DNA of 32,000 nucleotides, taken from NCBI RefSeq assembly GCF_001598795.1, contig NZ_BCZP01000040.1:1-32000 (forward strand), given 5' to 3'. This document shows positions 1 through 10,802 of this stretch, one piece after another; position 1 is the first letter of the stretch; the number at the start of each line of letters is the position of its first letter. Source of the stretch: Delftia acidovorans NBRC 14950 (GTDB lineage: Bacteria > Pseudomonadota > Gammaproteobacteria > Burkholderiales > Burkholderiaceae_C). Both the position numbers and the translations under genes were made by a program. Below the pieces are notes generated by a model. It was not told the DNA's origin. It was given only the letters and a program-made list of their open reading frames with translations, and made no database searches.

Positions 1-3000
1 CCGCCTCACGCACTTCAGGCTGGGCCAGCAGCTGCGACTGCACCTCGCCCAGCTCGATGCGGAAGCCCCGGATCTTGACCTGCTGGTCGGCACGGCCCAG
101 GTATTCAAGTTCGCCCTGAGCGTTCCAGCGCACCAGATCGCCCGTGCGGTACAGGCGATCGCCCGTCTCGCTGAACGGGTTGGCAATGAAACGCTCTGCC
201 GTCAGTCCTTGCCTGTTGAGATAGCCGCGTGCCAGGCCTTCACCCGCCACATACAACTCTCCCACCACGCCCTGCGGCAGCAGGTTCAGGCTGCCATCGA
301 GCACATACAGGCCCAGGTCCGGAATCGCCACGCCCACGGGACTGCGTCCGCCATCCAGATCCGTCTTGGTGATCTGCCGGTACGTCACATGCACCGTGGT
401 CTCGGTGATGCCGTACATGTTGCTGAGTTGGGGGCTCTGGTCACCGAAGCGATCAAACCAGGGCCGCAGGCTCTCGGGCTCCAGCGCCTCGCCGCCGAAG
501 ATCACCTGGCGCAGCGCCAGGCCAGCGCCGCCTTCTTCATCCTGCTCCACGGCATGAACCAGTTGCCCAAAGGCCGAAGGTGTTTGATTGAGAACCGTTA
601 CGCGCTCGGCACGCAGCAAAGCCAGGAAGTCCTGGGGCGAGCGGCTGACCCAGTACGGCACCACCACCAGCCGGCCGCCCGTGCACAGGGCGCCAAAGAT
701 CTCCCAGACCGAGAAGTCGAAGGCGTAGGAGTGGAACAGGGTCCAGACATCGTCAGGCCCGAAACCGAACCAGGCATCGGTGGCATCCAGCAGCCGTGCC
801 ACGTTGCGGTGGCTCAGTTGCGCGCCCTTGGGTTTGCCTGTCGAGCCCGAGGTGTAGATCACATAGGCCAGGCTGTCAGCCGAGACTTCAACCTGCGGAT
901 CGGTATCGGGTTCGCCCGACAGGTCCAGCGTGTCGATCTCCAGCACCTGCAGCACAGCAGCGCCGGGAATGCGCTCGCGCACCGCAGCCTGCGTCAGCAC
1001 CAGGGAGATCCCGCTGTCGGCCACCATGTGCGCCAGCCGGTCGGTCGGGTAGTCCGGGTCCAGCGGCACATAGGCGCCACCCGCCTTGAGGATGGCCAGC
1101 AGGCCGACCACCATCTCCACCGAGCGCTGCATGGCAATGCCCACGCGCGTCTCCGGGCGCACACCCAGAGTGATCAAGCGGTGGGCCAGGCGGTTGGCCT
1201 GGGCGTCGAGTTCTGCGTAGCCGAGACCGTGGTTCTCGAAGGACAGCGCCTGCGCCCCGCCTCGCGCCAATGCCTGGCTGGCGAAGCGGCCGTGCAGCGT
1301 CTGCGCTGCGGCCAGGCGGCAGGCAGGCAGGGCAGCGGCGCGGCCCCATGCCTGCTGCCTGTGCAGTTCGGCCGCGCCCAGCAAGGCGACCTCGCCCACC
1401 TTGCGGGCCGGATCATCGGCCAGCGCCTGCAGCATGGCTACATAGTGGCCGGCCTGCGCGCCGATGGTGGAAGCCTCGAACAATTCGCGGGCATAGGTCA
1501 GGCGCAGATGCAGGCGGCCCTGCGCATCCTCGGTGGTGTCCACGGTCAGCTCGAACTGGGCGCCCTGGCCCTGCAGCGCATATTCCTGCAGCTCCAGCCC
1601 AGGCAGTTGCTGCAGCGCGCTGCGGTCCTGGCGCTGGTGGTTGAACAGCACCTGGAACAGCGGCTGGGTGCCGGCGTTGCGTTCGGGCTGCAGCGCCTCG
1701 ACCAGTTGCTCGAAGGGCAGGTCCTGGTGGGCCTGCGCGCCCTGGGCGGCCTGCCGGGCCTGGTCCAGCAGTTGCGCCAGGCCCATGCGCCCGTCCAGCG
1801 TCGCGCGCAGAACCTGGGTGTTCACGAAAAAGCCTACCGTGCCCTGCGTTTCCACCCGGTGGCGGTTGGCAATGGGCACGCCCACGCGAATGTCTTCCTG
1901 GCCCGTGTAGCGGTGCAGCACGGCCTGCAGGCCGGCCAGCAGCAGCACAAACAGCGTTGCGTCCTGAGCCTGGGCGCGGCGGCGCAGGCTGCCGACCAGA
2001 TCGGCCGGCAGCTGCAGACCATGGCTGGCGGCCACATGGTCCGCGCCGGGCCGGCGCGGGTGGTCGGTGGGCAGTTGCAGCACGGGGTGCGTGTCGCCCA
2101 GCTGGGCGCGCCAGTAGGCCAGTTGCCGCTGCCGCTCGCCGGCCTCCAGCCACTGGCGCTGCCAGGCCGCGTAGTCGGCGTACTGCAGCGGCAGGGGTGC
2201 GGCCTGCGGCACCTGTCCCTGGCACCGTGCGCGGTACTGCTGCACGAATTCATCCACGATGATCTGCATGGACCAGCCGTCGGAGACGATGTGGTGCATG
2301 GCCACGACCAGCAGATGCGCCTCGGCCGACTCCCGGATCAGGCCCACGCGCAGCAGCGGCCCGGCCTGCAGGTCGAAGGGCTGACGGTGCACGGCAGCCG
2401 CCGCCTGTTCCAGTTGTTCCTGACGCTGCGCAGCGGGGAGTTCGGACAGATCCGTTTGCTCGACCCGCACACTGCCCTGTGCGGCGATCACCTGCACCAC
2501 CTGCCCGTCCCCGCCCATGCGGAACACCGTGCGCAGCGACTCGTGGCGCGCCACCAGCGCGTCGAAGCTTTGCTGCAGCGCCAGCACATCGAGCGTGCCC
2601 AGCAGACGCAGCGCCCCACTGATGTGATAGGCCGTACCGGCCGGCTCCAGCTGCCACAGGAACCACTGGCGCAATTGCGCAAAGGACAGCGGCAGCGGGC
2701 CACTGCGGTCGGCCCTGGGCAGGGGCGCCGTGCCTTCGGTCTGCTCGGCGCCGGCAACCGGTCCCTCCACCAGCCGTGCCACACCCGCTGGCGTCTTGCC
2801 CGTGAACAGCTGCTTGGGCGTGAGCTTGACGCCGCGCTTGCGGGCGCGCGCCACCAGCTTGAGCGCGAGGATGGAGTCCCCGCCCAGCGCGAAGAAGTCG
2901 TCATGCCGGCCCGCGCGCTCCAGGCCGAAGAGGTCGGCCCAGACGGCGGCCAGCGCCTGCTCGGCCTCGCCTTGGGGCGCCTCGAAAAGATCGGCGGCCG

Positions 3001-6000
3001 CCTGCTCCGGCACGGGCAGGGCCTTGCGGTCGATCTTGCCGTTGGCCGTCAGGGGCATGCCCTCCAGCACGGTGATGCTGGCGGGCACCATGTACTCGGG
3101 CAGCGCCTGTGCCAGCGCGGCGGCCCACCCCGGCCTGTCGGCGGGCACGCCGGCCTGGGGCACGGCATAGGCATGCAGCTGCATGCGCCCGTCCCCACCC
3201 CCACCCCCACCCCCACCCCCATCCCCATCCCCATCCCCATTCCCGTCCAGCCGCGCCACGACTTCGGCCTGGGCCACGCCGGGCACGGCCTGCAGCGCCA
3301 GCGCCACCTCGCGCAGCTCCACGCGGTAGCCGCGCACCTTCACCTGGTCGTCCATGCGGCCGAGGAACTGCAGGCTGCCATCGGCCAGCATGGTCACGCG
3401 GTCGCCCGTGCGGTACAGGCGCTTGCCCGGCTGGAACGGGCTGGCCACGAAGCGCTCTGCCGTCTGCCCGGGCCGGGCCCGGTAGCCGCGCGCCAGGCCC
3501 GGCCCGCCCAGGTACAGCTCGCCACTGGCGCCCAGGGGCACGGGCTGCAGGTCGGCATCAAGCACCAGGGCGCGGCTATTGGCCAGCGGCCTGCCCACGG
3601 GCAGGCTTTCGCCGCCACGCAGCGCCTCGCCCGCCTCCTGGGTGAGGATGCCCACCGTGGTTTCGGTGGGGCCGTAATGGTTGAGCACACGGCAGCCGGG
3701 CCTGAGCGCGGCGATGCGGTCGATCAGCGGCCAGCGCGTGGCCTCGCCGCCCAGCACCAGGCGGCTGGCAGGCAGCACGTCAGCGGGCATGCCGGCATTG
3801 AGCAGCCCCTGCAGATGGCTGGGCACGATCTTGAGCACGTCCACGCGGTGCTCTGCCATGTAGCGCGCGAAGCCGTCAGGGTCGAAGGCCAGTTCGGGCG
3901 CCATCAGATGCAGCGCGCGCCCCGAGCACAGCGCGCCGAACAGCACGGTGTGCCCCAGGTCCGCCGCCACGGTCGAGACCATGGCCATGCTGCGCGCCGC
4001 CTCGGGCAGGTCCAGCCGCTGCAGCACGGCCTGCACATAGTAGGCCAGCGCCCCGTGGCTGACGACCACGCCCTTGGGCTGCCCGGTCGAGCCCGAGGTG
4101 TAGATCACATAGGCGCCCTGTGCGGAATGCGGCGGCGCGGCCGGCGGCGCCTGCCCCGCAATGCACGGCTCCTGGCAGGCATTCAGGTCCAGGCTCAGCA
4201 GGGGAACGCCCGCGTCCCAGGCGGGCGCCTGCTGGCAGAGCATCAGCACCGCGCCGCTGTCGCGCAGCTGCCAGGCCAGCCGCTGCGCCGGCAGGCCGGG
4301 GTCCAGGGGCACATAGGTGCCACCGGCCTTGAGCACGGCGAGCAGGCCCAGCACAAAGGCGCAGCTGCGCTCGGCATGCAGGGCCACCCGCACATCGGCC
4401 CCCACGCCGCGCGCCACCAGGGCCCGGGCCAGCTGGTCGGACTGCCGGTCCAGCTGTGAATAGTCCAGTGCCGAGCCCGCGTCCCTGACCGCCGTGCCAT
4501 CGGGATGGGCCTGCACGGCGCGCGACCAGAGCTGCAGCACGCTGTCGGCGCCAAAGGCCTGCACCGGGCCTGCAGACTCCGACACGCGGCCTGGCAGCGA
4601 CAGCTCGCCGAGCCTAGGCTGCCTGTCGCTGATTGCGCCGGTGACCTGCAGCGCAAGGTCCTGGAATGCGGCGGCCATGTCGCGCACCACGGCCTCGTCG
4701 AACAGGGCATCGGCATAGATCAGCACGCAGTCGATGCCGTCCTGCCGGTCGGTGAAGTCCAGGCTCAGGTCGAAATGCGCCTGGCCGCTGGAGACGGCCT
4801 GCATGGCGATCTCCAGGCCTGCGATGTGGCGCGCGGCCGAGGCATCTTCCTGCTGGGTGCACTTGACCTGGAACAGCGGGTGAACGCCCGGCTGGCGGGC
4901 CGGCTGCAGCGCCTCGACCAGCAGGTGGAACGGCAGGTCCTGGTGGGCCTGCGCGCCCAGCACCGCCTCGCGCACCTGCGCCAGCAGCGCGCCGAAGTCC
5001 TGCGCGGGATCGATGTGCGTGCGCAGCACCAGCAGGTTCAGGAAGTAGCCGATCAGCCCATGCGTCTCGGCCTTCTGGCGGTTGGCCACGGGCGTGCCCA
5101 CGCGCAGCTCGCGCGTGCCGCTGAAGCGGTACAGCACCAGCTTGAGCAGGGCCAGCATCACCATGAACAGCGAGGCGCCATGCGCGCGGCCCAGGGCACG
5201 CACGCGGGTGGCCAGTGCGGCGGGCAGCGTGAACTCCAGGCGCTGCTCCTGTGCCTCCTGCGCGGCCGCCCTGGCCTGCTTCATCGGCAGGGCCAGGGCC
5301 TCGTGCTCGGTGCCCAGCCGGGCGCGCCAGTAGTCCAGCTGCCGCTCGCGCTCACCGGCATCGAACCAGCGGCGCTGCCAGACGGCGTAGTCGGCGAACT
5401 GCAGGGCCATGGCCGGCAGGCGCGATGGCTGCTGCGTGCGCAGGGCCTCGTACAGGTGGAACAGCTCCTGGATCACGATGCCGTTGGACCAGCCATCGCC
5501 CGCAATGTGGTGCAGCGACAGGCCCAGCACATGCTCCTGCGCGCCCAGCCGGCACAGGACGGCGCGCAATGGCGTTTCCGTGTCCAGCGCAAAGGGCTGG
5601 CGGGCCAGCAGCAGCACCTGGCGCTGCGCCTCGGCCTGCGGATCGCCGTCCGTCCATGCGCCCAGATCGACATGGCGCAGGGGCACGGGCGCGGCGGGCT
5701 GAATGGACTGCCGGGGCTCGCCGTCCTCGCCGGCCGGATAGCAGGTGCGCAGGATCTCGTGGCGCTCGGCCAGGGCCTGCAGCGCCTGCTCCAGCGCCAG
5801 CGCATCCAGCGGCCCCTTGAGCGACAGCGATCCCACCATGTTGTAGGCGGGGCTGGCGGGCTCCAGCCGCCAGGTGAGCCAGAGGCTGCGCTGCGCGGGG
5901 GACAGGGCAATGGCCAGCGTGCGGTCGCAGCGGGTGATGGTGTGGGCCGTCGTGTTGCAGGCGTCGCCGTCCGGCAGGCCACCTGCGCCACCTACGCCAG

Positions 6001-6103
6001 ATGCAGCGGGTGCACCAGATACACCCCGGAGCCTCAGGGCCAGTGCGGCACGCTGCGTATCGGACAGGCGGGACTTGCGGGAATCGAGATCGTTCAGGGA
6101 CAT
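1..6103 (-). CDS. Non-ribosomal peptide synthetase, N-terminal part of a multi-module protein (C-A-T-C-A...). The 3' end lies beyond the window start. DelG-like position in the cluster.
   Basis: This ORF is absent from the track because it has no stop inside the window. Hand translation of the minus strand from the ATG at 6103 gives [25 protein letters not shown]... The following motifs were found. C domain 1: [12 protein letters not shown] and [10 protein letters not shown] domain 1, motif A3: [15 protein letters not shown] (near 4100). Carrier motif: [19 protein letters not shown] (2848-2903). C domain 2: [13 protein letters not shown] (about 2262-2310). A domain 2: [14 protein letters not shown] (826-867), AFDFSVWE (about 700-725) and [14 protein letters not shown] (about 40-79). 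Frame arithmetic from 6103 is consistent at all five checkpoints. Confidence 0.9.
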   Translation of the reverse strand, partial: MSLNDLDSRKSRLSDTQRAALALRLRGVSGAPAASGVGGAGGLPDGDACNTTAHTITRCDRTLAIALSPAQRSLWLTWRLEPASPAYNMVGSLSLKGPLDALALEQALQALAERHEILRTCYPAGEDGEPRQSIQPAAPVPLRHVDLGAWTDGDPQAEAQRQVLLLARQPFALDTETPLRAVLCRLGAQEHVLGLSLHHIAGDGWSNGIVIQELFHLYEALRTQQPSRLPAMALQFADYAVWQRRWFDAGERERQLDYWRARLGTEHEALALPMKQARAAAQEAQEQRLEFTLPAALATRVRALGRAHGASLFMVMLALLKLVLYRFSGTRELRVGTPVANRQKAETHGLIGYFLNLLVLRTHIDPAQDFGALLAQVREAVLGAQAHQDLPFHLLVEALQPARQPGVHPLFQVKCTQQEDASAARHIAGLEIAMQAVSSGQAHFDLSLDFTDRQDGIDCVLIYADALFDEAVVRDMAAAFQDLALQVTGAISDRQPRLGELSLPGRVSESAGPVQAFGADSVLQLWSRAVQAHPDGTAVRDAGSALDYSQLDRQSDQLARALVARGVGADVRVALHAERSCAFVLGLLAVLKAGGTYVPLDPGLPAQRLAWQLRDSGAVLMLCQQAPAWDAGVPLLSLDLNACQEPCIAGQAPPAAPPHSAQGAYVIYTSGSTGQPKGVVVSHGALAYYVQAVLQRLDLPEAARSMAMVSTVAADLGHTVLFGALCSGRALHLMAPELAFDPDGFARYMAEHRVDVLKIVPSHLQGLLNAGMPADVLPASRLVLGGEATRWPLIDRIAALRPGCRVLNHYGPTETTVGILTQEAGEALRGGESLPVGRPLANSRALVLDADLQPVPLGASGELYLGGPGLARGYRARPGQTAERFVASPFQPGKRLYRTGDRVTMLADGSLQFLGRMDDQVKVRGYRVELREVALALQAVPGVAQAEVVARLDGNGDGDGDGGGGGGGGGDGRMQLHAYAVPQAGVPADRPGWAAALAQALPEYMVPASITVLEGMPLTANGKIDRKALPVPEQAAADLFEAPQGEAEQALAAVWADLFGLERAGRHDDFFALGGDSILALKLVARARKRGVKLTPKQLFTGKTPAGVARLVEGPVAGAEQTEGTAPLPRADRSGPLPLSFAQLRQWFLWQLEPAGTAYHISGALRLLGTLDVLALQQSFDALVARHESLRTVFRMGGDGQVVQVIAAQGSVRVEQTDLSELPAAQRQEQLEQAAAAVHRQPFDLQAGPLLRVGLIRESAEAHLLVVAMHHIVSDGWSMQIIVDEFVQQYRARCQGQVPQAAPLPLQYADYAAWQRQWLEAGERQRQLAYWRAQLGDTHPVLQLPTDHPRRPGADHVAASHGLQLPADLVGSLRRRAQAQDATLFVLLLAGLQAVLHRYTGQEDIRVGVPIANRHRVETQGTVGFFVNTQVLRATLDGRMGLAQLLDQARQAAQGAQAHQDLPFEQLVEALQPERNAGTQPLFQVLFNHQRQDRSALQQLPGLELQEYALQGQGAQFELTVDTTEDAQGRLHLRLTYARELFEASTIGAQAGHYVAMLQALADDPARKVGEVALLGAAELHRQQAWGRAAALPACRLAAAQTLHGRFASQALARGGAQALSFENHGLGYAELDAQANRLAHRLITLGVRPETRVGIAMQRSVEMVVGLLAILKAGGAYVPLDPDYPTDRLAHMVADSGISLVLTQAAVRERIPGAAVLQVLEIDTLDLSGEPDTDPQVEVSADSLAYVIYTSGSTGKPKGAQLSHRNVARLLDATDAWFGFGPDDVWTLFHSYAFDFSVWEIFGALCTGGRLVVVPYWVSRSPQDFLALLRAERVTVLNQTPSAFGQLVHAVEQDEEGGAGLALRQVIFGGEALEPESLRPWFDRFGDQSPQLSNMYGITETTVHVTYRQITKTDLDGGRSPVGVAIPDLGLYVLDGSLNLLPQGVVGELYVAGEGLARGYLNRQGLTAERFIANPFSETGDRLYRTGDLVRWNAQGELEYLGRADQQVKIRGFRIELGEVQSQLLAQPEVREA
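3193..3240. repeat. Perfect hexanucleotide microsatellite (CCCCAC)x4(CCCCAT)x4 inside the NRPS coding sequence.
   Basis: Read directly from the sequence. In the NRPS frame (minus strand) it encodes the Gly/Asp tract [24 protein letters not shown]. The tract sits between the A8 motif ([13 protein letters not shown]) and the A10 region ([12 protein letters not shown]) of the first A domain. Confidence 0.95.
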
Positions 6104-6113
6104 GGTGGTCTTC

Positions 6114-9100
6114 TCACGCAGATGCGAAGGCAGCAAGGGCATCGCCTTCATCGGTAACGGTGGCCTCGATCTCCTCGATCAGCCGGGTCTCCACCAGCAC
6201 GGCCAGCTCGCCGACGGTGGGGGCCTTGAAGAAGGCGGCAGGGTGCAGCTCGACACCAAAGCGCTTTTTCACGCGGCCCAGGATCTGCAGGGCCAGCAGC
6301 GAGTCGCCGCCCAGCTCGAACAGGTTGTCGTCCACGCCCACCGGGGCGATGCCCAGCATGTCGGTCCACAGCGCGGCCAGGGCCTGCTGCAGTTCGCCTT
6401 CGGCCGCAACGTAGGCGGTCTGCAGCGCCGGGCGCGGATGGCCGCCACGGGCCTGCGATCCGTTGGCAGGTTTGGCGAAGGCTTCGGTGGCAGGTTCTGC
6501 CAGCGCATCCACCAGCCCGGCATCGATCTCGCCCAGGCGCTGCTGCAGGTCGGTGGTGGAGATGACCACCTGGTGCGGCACATCGCCGTTGACGATGCGC
6601 TCGAACACCGCTGCCGCTTCTGCGCCGCTCCAGCCTATGCCCTCGGGAATGCGCATGCCGGCGGCCATGCCCAGGTCACGCCAGGCGTCCCAGTCCACGG
6701 AGATGACGGGCCAAGCGCGCTGGCGGCTGGCCAGTGCCGCCAGTGCATCCATGCAGGCATTGGCGGCGGCGTAGTCGCTCTTGCCCAGGCCTGCGGTGAG
6801 GCTGGAGATGGACGAGCACAGCAGTACGAAGTCCGGCGCCCGCATGTCCTGCATGTCCTGCGTGCCCAGCAGGTCCAGCAACAGCCGGGTGCCGCGCAGC
6901 TTGGGGGCGAATACGCGCTCCACGCTGTCCCGCGTGCGGGTGGACAGCATGCCGCTGTCGGCATGGCCTGCGGCATGGACCACGCCATGCAGCGCGCCAA
7001 AGCGCTGGTGCGCCTGCGCCAGCGCCGCCTGCATCTGCGCGGCGTCGGCCACATCGGCGGCCAGGGTCAGCACCTGGGCGCCCTCGGCCTCCAGGGCCAG
7101 CAACTGCAACAGTTGCTGGCGCAGGGTGCGCGGCTGCCCGTCATCGGCGGCCAGCGCCTCCCATTGGCTGCGCGCAGGCAGCGCCGTACGGCCCACCAGC
7201 ACCAGGCGGGCCTGCCAGTGCACGGCCAGATGCCGGGCCAGCGCCAGGCCCACGCCGCCCAGGCCGCCCGTGATCAGGTACACGCCCTGCCTGCGCAGGC
7301 GCGGCGCTGCGGCTTCCTGCCACTGCAGGGGCTCGTAGGTCTTGCGCCAGCGGTGGGCACCGCGCAGGGCGATGGCCGTGTCGGCCGCGCGCAGCCCATG
7401 CGGCGCGCGGGCTTCGTCCAGCAACTGGCGCGCCAGCCGGGCCTGCATTGCGGGCGAACCCGCCTGCACCACATCGACGAAACGGCAGTCGATGGACGGG
7501 CATTCCTGCGCTATCGCCTTGCACAGCGGAAAGACGGCGGCCATCTCGGGGTTCAGCGCTTCCAGCCCGGTCACATCTTCCGAACCGCCTGCGGCCACCA
7601 GCAGCAGCCGCCTTTCGCGCGGGCCTCCAGCACCGTGCGCACGGGCCTCCAGCGCCTGCGCCAGGGCCAGCACGCTGTGAAAGCCGCGCTCCAGCGGCGC
7701 AGGGGCGGCCGCGCCCATGGCCCACAGGTGGTAGATGGCGTCCACAGGGCCGAACCGCGCCTGCACCGCCTCGAGCAAGTCATCGCAATCGCGGCGCTCG
7801 CCGGGGCGCACGGCATGCCGGCCCGGGGCCGCGCAGGCGGGGGCGGCGCCCGCTTCCACGCAGACCACATCGGTGCCCTGCGCGCGCAATGCGTGCACCA
7901 GGGCCTCGGCCGTGGCACTGCCGTCGCCAAACACCAGGGCCACCTGGGCTGCGGCTGCGGCGGTGCCTGCCGCCAACTGCAAGGGACTGCGCTGCCAAGC
8001 GGCTGCGTAGAACGGACCGGCGGTCGCCGAGGGACCTGCCGTACCTGCCGCTTTCGGTGCATCGCCACCCTGCCCCGCCGCCTGCACCCAGAAGGAGCGG
8101 CGCTGGAAGGCATAGGTCGGCAGCGGCACGCGCCGCCCTGGCCGCCCGCCCCGGCAGGCAGTCCAGTCGATGTCCACGCCCGCGCACCACAGGCCGGCAA
8201 CGGCCTGCGCCAGCAGCTGCGCGCTGCGTGCGGTCTGCTGGGGATGGGCCTGGCTGGGCCAGATGCCGGCCGCCGTGGCGGCGCGCGCATGCTGGCGGGC
8301 CAGGGCGGTAAGGGCCTGGCCGGGGCCTACCTCCAGCAGCACACGGCCCGGCTCTCGCACAAGCTCGTCCAGCCCGTCCGCAAAGCGCACGGTATGGCGC
8401 AGGTGGCGGGCCCAGTAGGCGGGGCTCATGGCCTGCTCGGCCGTGATGGGCCTGCCGGTCACGCTGGAGATGAAGGCCAGGCGCGGCGCATGCCGGGGCA
8501 CGCTGGCCACCACCTGCTCCAGCTGCGCCAGCAGGGGCTCGGTCATGGCCGAGTGCGAGGCCACGGCAATGTGCAGCCGGCGGGCGGTGATGTCGCGCGA
8601 GCGCAGCGCCCCTTCGGCCGCCTCGATGGCGGCCAGCGGGCCGGACAGCACGCACAGGCGTTCGCCGTTGACGGCACCCAGGTCGCAGCCCGCGTCCAGC
8701 AGGGATTGCAGCTCGGCCTCGGCCAGGGGCACCGAGGTCATGGCGCCCTGCGGCAGCGACTGCAGCAGGCGGCCGCGCGCCGCGACGATGCGCAGGGCAT
8801 GCGGCAGCTCGAACACGCCGGCCAGGCAGGCCGCCACATACTCGCCCAGGCTGTGGCCCAGCATGGACACGGGCTGCACGCCGCGTGCCATCCACATCCG
8901 GGCCAGCGCATAGCCGATCACGAACAGGGCCGGCTGGGCCTTGTCCATGGCGGACAGCGCCGCGTCGGCCTCCACCTCTTCACCCGGGGCGTGGAACAGC
9001 CACTGGCGCAGGTCCCAGCCTGTTTCGGCCTGCAGCAGCTCGCAGCAGCGGTCCACCTCCTGCCGGAACACACCGCCGTCGCGGTACAGGTCCAGGCCCA

Positions 9101-10802
9101 TGTTGGCGTGCTGCACGCCCCCGCCCGGGAAAAGAAAGGCCACGCCGGGCGGCTGTGCCGGCACCTCGGTGGCCTGGCCTGCCGGCGCAGCAGCAGAAGC
9201 AGCAGCAGCAGTAGCAGAGAGGTGCAGGCCCTCCACCGCCATGCCCATACCGTCTGCCACCACGGCACGGCGATGGCCGAAGGCGCGGCGGCCCTGCTGC
9301 AGGGTGTGGGCCACATCGTCCAGCGACAGGCCACTGCCGGCCTGCTGCAGATGGGCGGCCAGGCGGCACGCCGCTTCGTCCAGCGCACGGGGGCTGCGAG
9401 CGGACAGCGGCAGCACCTGCCAGCCCCGGGCTGCATCCGCCGGTGCACTGGAAGGAGTGGCAGAGGTGGCAGGGGCGGCAGCAGCCTCCTGCAGCACCAC
9501 ATGGACATTGGTGCCGCCAATGCCGAAGGCGCTCACGCCCGCGCGGCGCGGCGTGGCCGCCTGGGGCCAGGGCTTGGCCACGGTGTTGACATGGAAGGGA
9601 CTGCGCTCGAAGTCGATCTGCGGGTGCGGCCGCTCGAAATGCAGGCTGGGCGGCAAGGTGGCATGCCGCAGCGAGAGCACCGTCTTGATCAGGCCCGTGA
9701 CACCGGCGGCCGCATCGAGATGGCCGATATTGGTCTTCACCGATCCGATGGCGCAGTAGCCCCTGCGCTGCGTGCTGGCGCGAAAGGCCTGGGTCAGCGC
9801 CGCGATCTCGATGGGGTCGCCCAGCGCCGTGCCCGTGCCATGGGCTTCCACATAGCCGATGGTGTCGGCCGGCACGCCCGCCAGGGCCTGCGCCGCGCGC
9901 ACCACGGCGGCCTGGCCGTTGACGCCGGGCGCCGTGAAGCCTACCTTGTCTGCGCCATCGTTGTTGGCGGCGCTGGCCAGGATGACGGCGTGGATGGTGT
10001 CGCCGTCGCGCAGCGCATCGTCCAGGCGCCTGAGCACCACAATGCCCGCGCCGCTGCCCTGCAGCGTGCCTGCGGCCTGGGCATCGAAGGCGCGGCAATG
10101 CCCGTCCGGCGAGAAGATGGCTCCGGCCTGGTAGCGGTAGCCGCCGTTTTGCAGCAGGTTGAGCGAGACGCCCCCGGCCAGCGCCATGGCGCATTCATGG
10201 CCCAGCAGTGCCTGGCAGGCGGTGTGGACGGCCATCAGCGAGGTCGAGCAGGCCGTCTGCACGGTGACGGCCGGGCCGCGCAGGTCCAGCTTGTAGGCCA
10301 CGCGCGTGGCCAGGGCATCGGCCATGTTGCCGCTCATCAGGCCCAGCAGGTCGGCGACCTGGGCGCCAGGGCCCGGCGCATGGCGGGGCAGCAGATGGCG
10401 CATCAGGTAGACGCTGGCGCCCGTGCCCGCATACACGCCGATGGCGCCGGGATGGCGCCGTCCCTCGTAGCCCGCGTGCTCCAGCGCCTGCCACGCGCAT
10501 TCCAGAAAAAGGCGGTGCTGCGGGTCCAGCTGCTCGGCATCGCGCGGGGTGTAGCCGAAGAAGTCGGCATCGAAGAGGTCCATGCCGGCCAGCGGCACGC
10601 CGGCCTTCACGTAGCCGGCATCGTCCAGCAGGGCCTGGGGCACGCCCAAGGCGCGCAGCTCATCGTCGCTGTAGCGCTTCACGGACTCGACGCCGTCACG
10701 GATGTTGGCCCAGAAGCGGTCGATGTCGTCGGCGCCCGGAAAGCGCCCGGCCATGCCGATGACGGCGATCTCCAGGCCGGTGGTTTCGGAGGAAGAAGGC
10801 AT
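6114..10802 (-). CDS. Type I polyketide synthase module, KS-AT-KR-ACP (DelF-like position).
   Basis: The track ORF 6114..12176(-) is 5'-extended. The real start is the ATG at 10802-10800 ([34 protein letters not shown]-terminus), which overlaps the upstream TGA in an ATGA arrangement. KS motifs: TACSTSL and HGTGT. AT motifs: [10 protein letters not shown], plus AVASHS at the specificity position. KR Rossmann motif: [21 protein letters not shown] motif: [12 protein letters not shown]. Confidence 0.9.
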   Translation of the reverse strand: MPSSSETTGLEIAVIGMAGRFPGADDIDRFWANIRDGVESVKRYSDDELRALGVPQALLDDAGYVKAGVPLAGMDLFDADFFGYTPRDAEQLDPQHRLFLECAWQALEHAGYEGRRHPGAIGVYAGTGASVYLMRHLLPRHAPGPGAQVADLLGLMSGNMADALATRVAYKLDLRGPAVTVQTACSTSLMAVHTACQALLGHECAMALAGGVSLNLLQNGGYRYQAGAIFSPDGHCRAFDAQAAGTLQGSGAGIVVLRRLDDALRDGDTIHAVILASAANNDGADKVGFTAPGVNGQAAVVRAAQALAGVPADTIGYVEAHGTGTALGDPIEIAALTQAFRASTQRRGYCAIGSVKTNIGHLDAAAGVTGLIKTVLSLRHATLPPSLHFERPHPQIDFERSPFHVNTVAKPWPQAATPRRAGVSAFGIGGTNVHVVLQEAAAAPATSATPSSAPADAARGWQVLPLSARSPRALDEAACRLAAHLQQAGSGLSLDDVAHTLQQGRRAFGHRRAVVADGMGMAVEGLHLSATAAAASAAAPAGQATEVPAQPPGVAFLFPGGGVQHANMGLDLYRDGGVFRQEVDRCCELLQAETGWDLRQWLFHAPGEEVEADAALSAMDKAQPALFVIGYALARMWMARGVQPVSMLGHSLGEYVAACLAGVFELPHALRIVAARGRLLQSLPQGAMTSVPLAEAELQSLLDAGCDLGAVNGERLCVLSGPLAAIEAAEGALRSRDITARRLHIAVASHSAMTEPLLAQLEQVVASVPRHAPRLAFISSVTGRPITAEQAMSPAYWARHLRHTVRFADGLDELVREPGRVLLEVGPGQALTALARQHARAATAAGIWPSQAHPQQTARSAQLLAQAVAGLWCAGVDIDWTACRGGRPGRRVPLPTYAFQRRSFWVQAAGQGGDAPKAAGTAGPSATAGPFYAAAWQRSPLQLAAGTAAAAAQVALVFGDGSATAEALVHALRAQGTDVVCVEAGAAPACAAPGRHAVRPGERRDCDDLLEAVQARFGPVDAIYHLWAMGAAAPAPLERGFHSVLALAQALEARAHGAGGPRERRLLLVAAGGSEDVTGLEALNPEMAAVFPLCKAIAQECPSIDCRFVDVVQAGSPAMQARLARQLLDEARAPHGLRAADTAIALRGAHRWRKTYEPLQWQEAAAPRLRRQGVYLITGGLGGVGLALARHLAVHWQARLVLVGRTALPARSQWEALAADDGQPRTLRQQLLQLLALEAEGAQVLTLAADVADAAQMQAALAQAHQRFGALHGVVHAAGHADSGMLSTRTRDSVERVFAPKLRGTRLLLDLLGTQDMQDMRAPDFVLLCSSISSLTAGLGKSDYAAANACMDALAALASRQRAWPVISVDWDAWRDLGMAAGMRIPEGIGWSGAEAAAVFERIVNGDVPHQVVISTTDLQQRLGEIDAGLVDALAEPATEAFAKPANGSQARGGHPRPALQTAYVAAEGELQQALAALWTDMLGIAPVGVDDNLFELGGDSLLALQILGRVKKRFGVELHPAAFFKAPTVGELAVLVETRLIEEIEATVTDEGDALAAFASA

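Noticed and set aside
3193-3240. Possible CRISPR array or other interspaced repeats. The GC-rich hexamer run and the 22-bp duplication at 27419-27462 were examined.
   Set aside because: Both are contiguous tandem repeats without spacers, and no cas genes are present. Nothing in the window has CRISPR repeat-spacer periodicity.
209-4459. 1416-aa plus-strand ORF covering the first NRPS gene, together with the many nested 60-270-aa ORFs on both strands between 366 and 6000.
   Set aside because: The translation is Ala/Gly/Arg/Gln/His-rich low-complexity sequence with no domain motifs. The opposite strand in a defined frame gives textbook NRPS C, A and T motifs. This is an antisense shadow ORF typical of about 70% G+C DNA.
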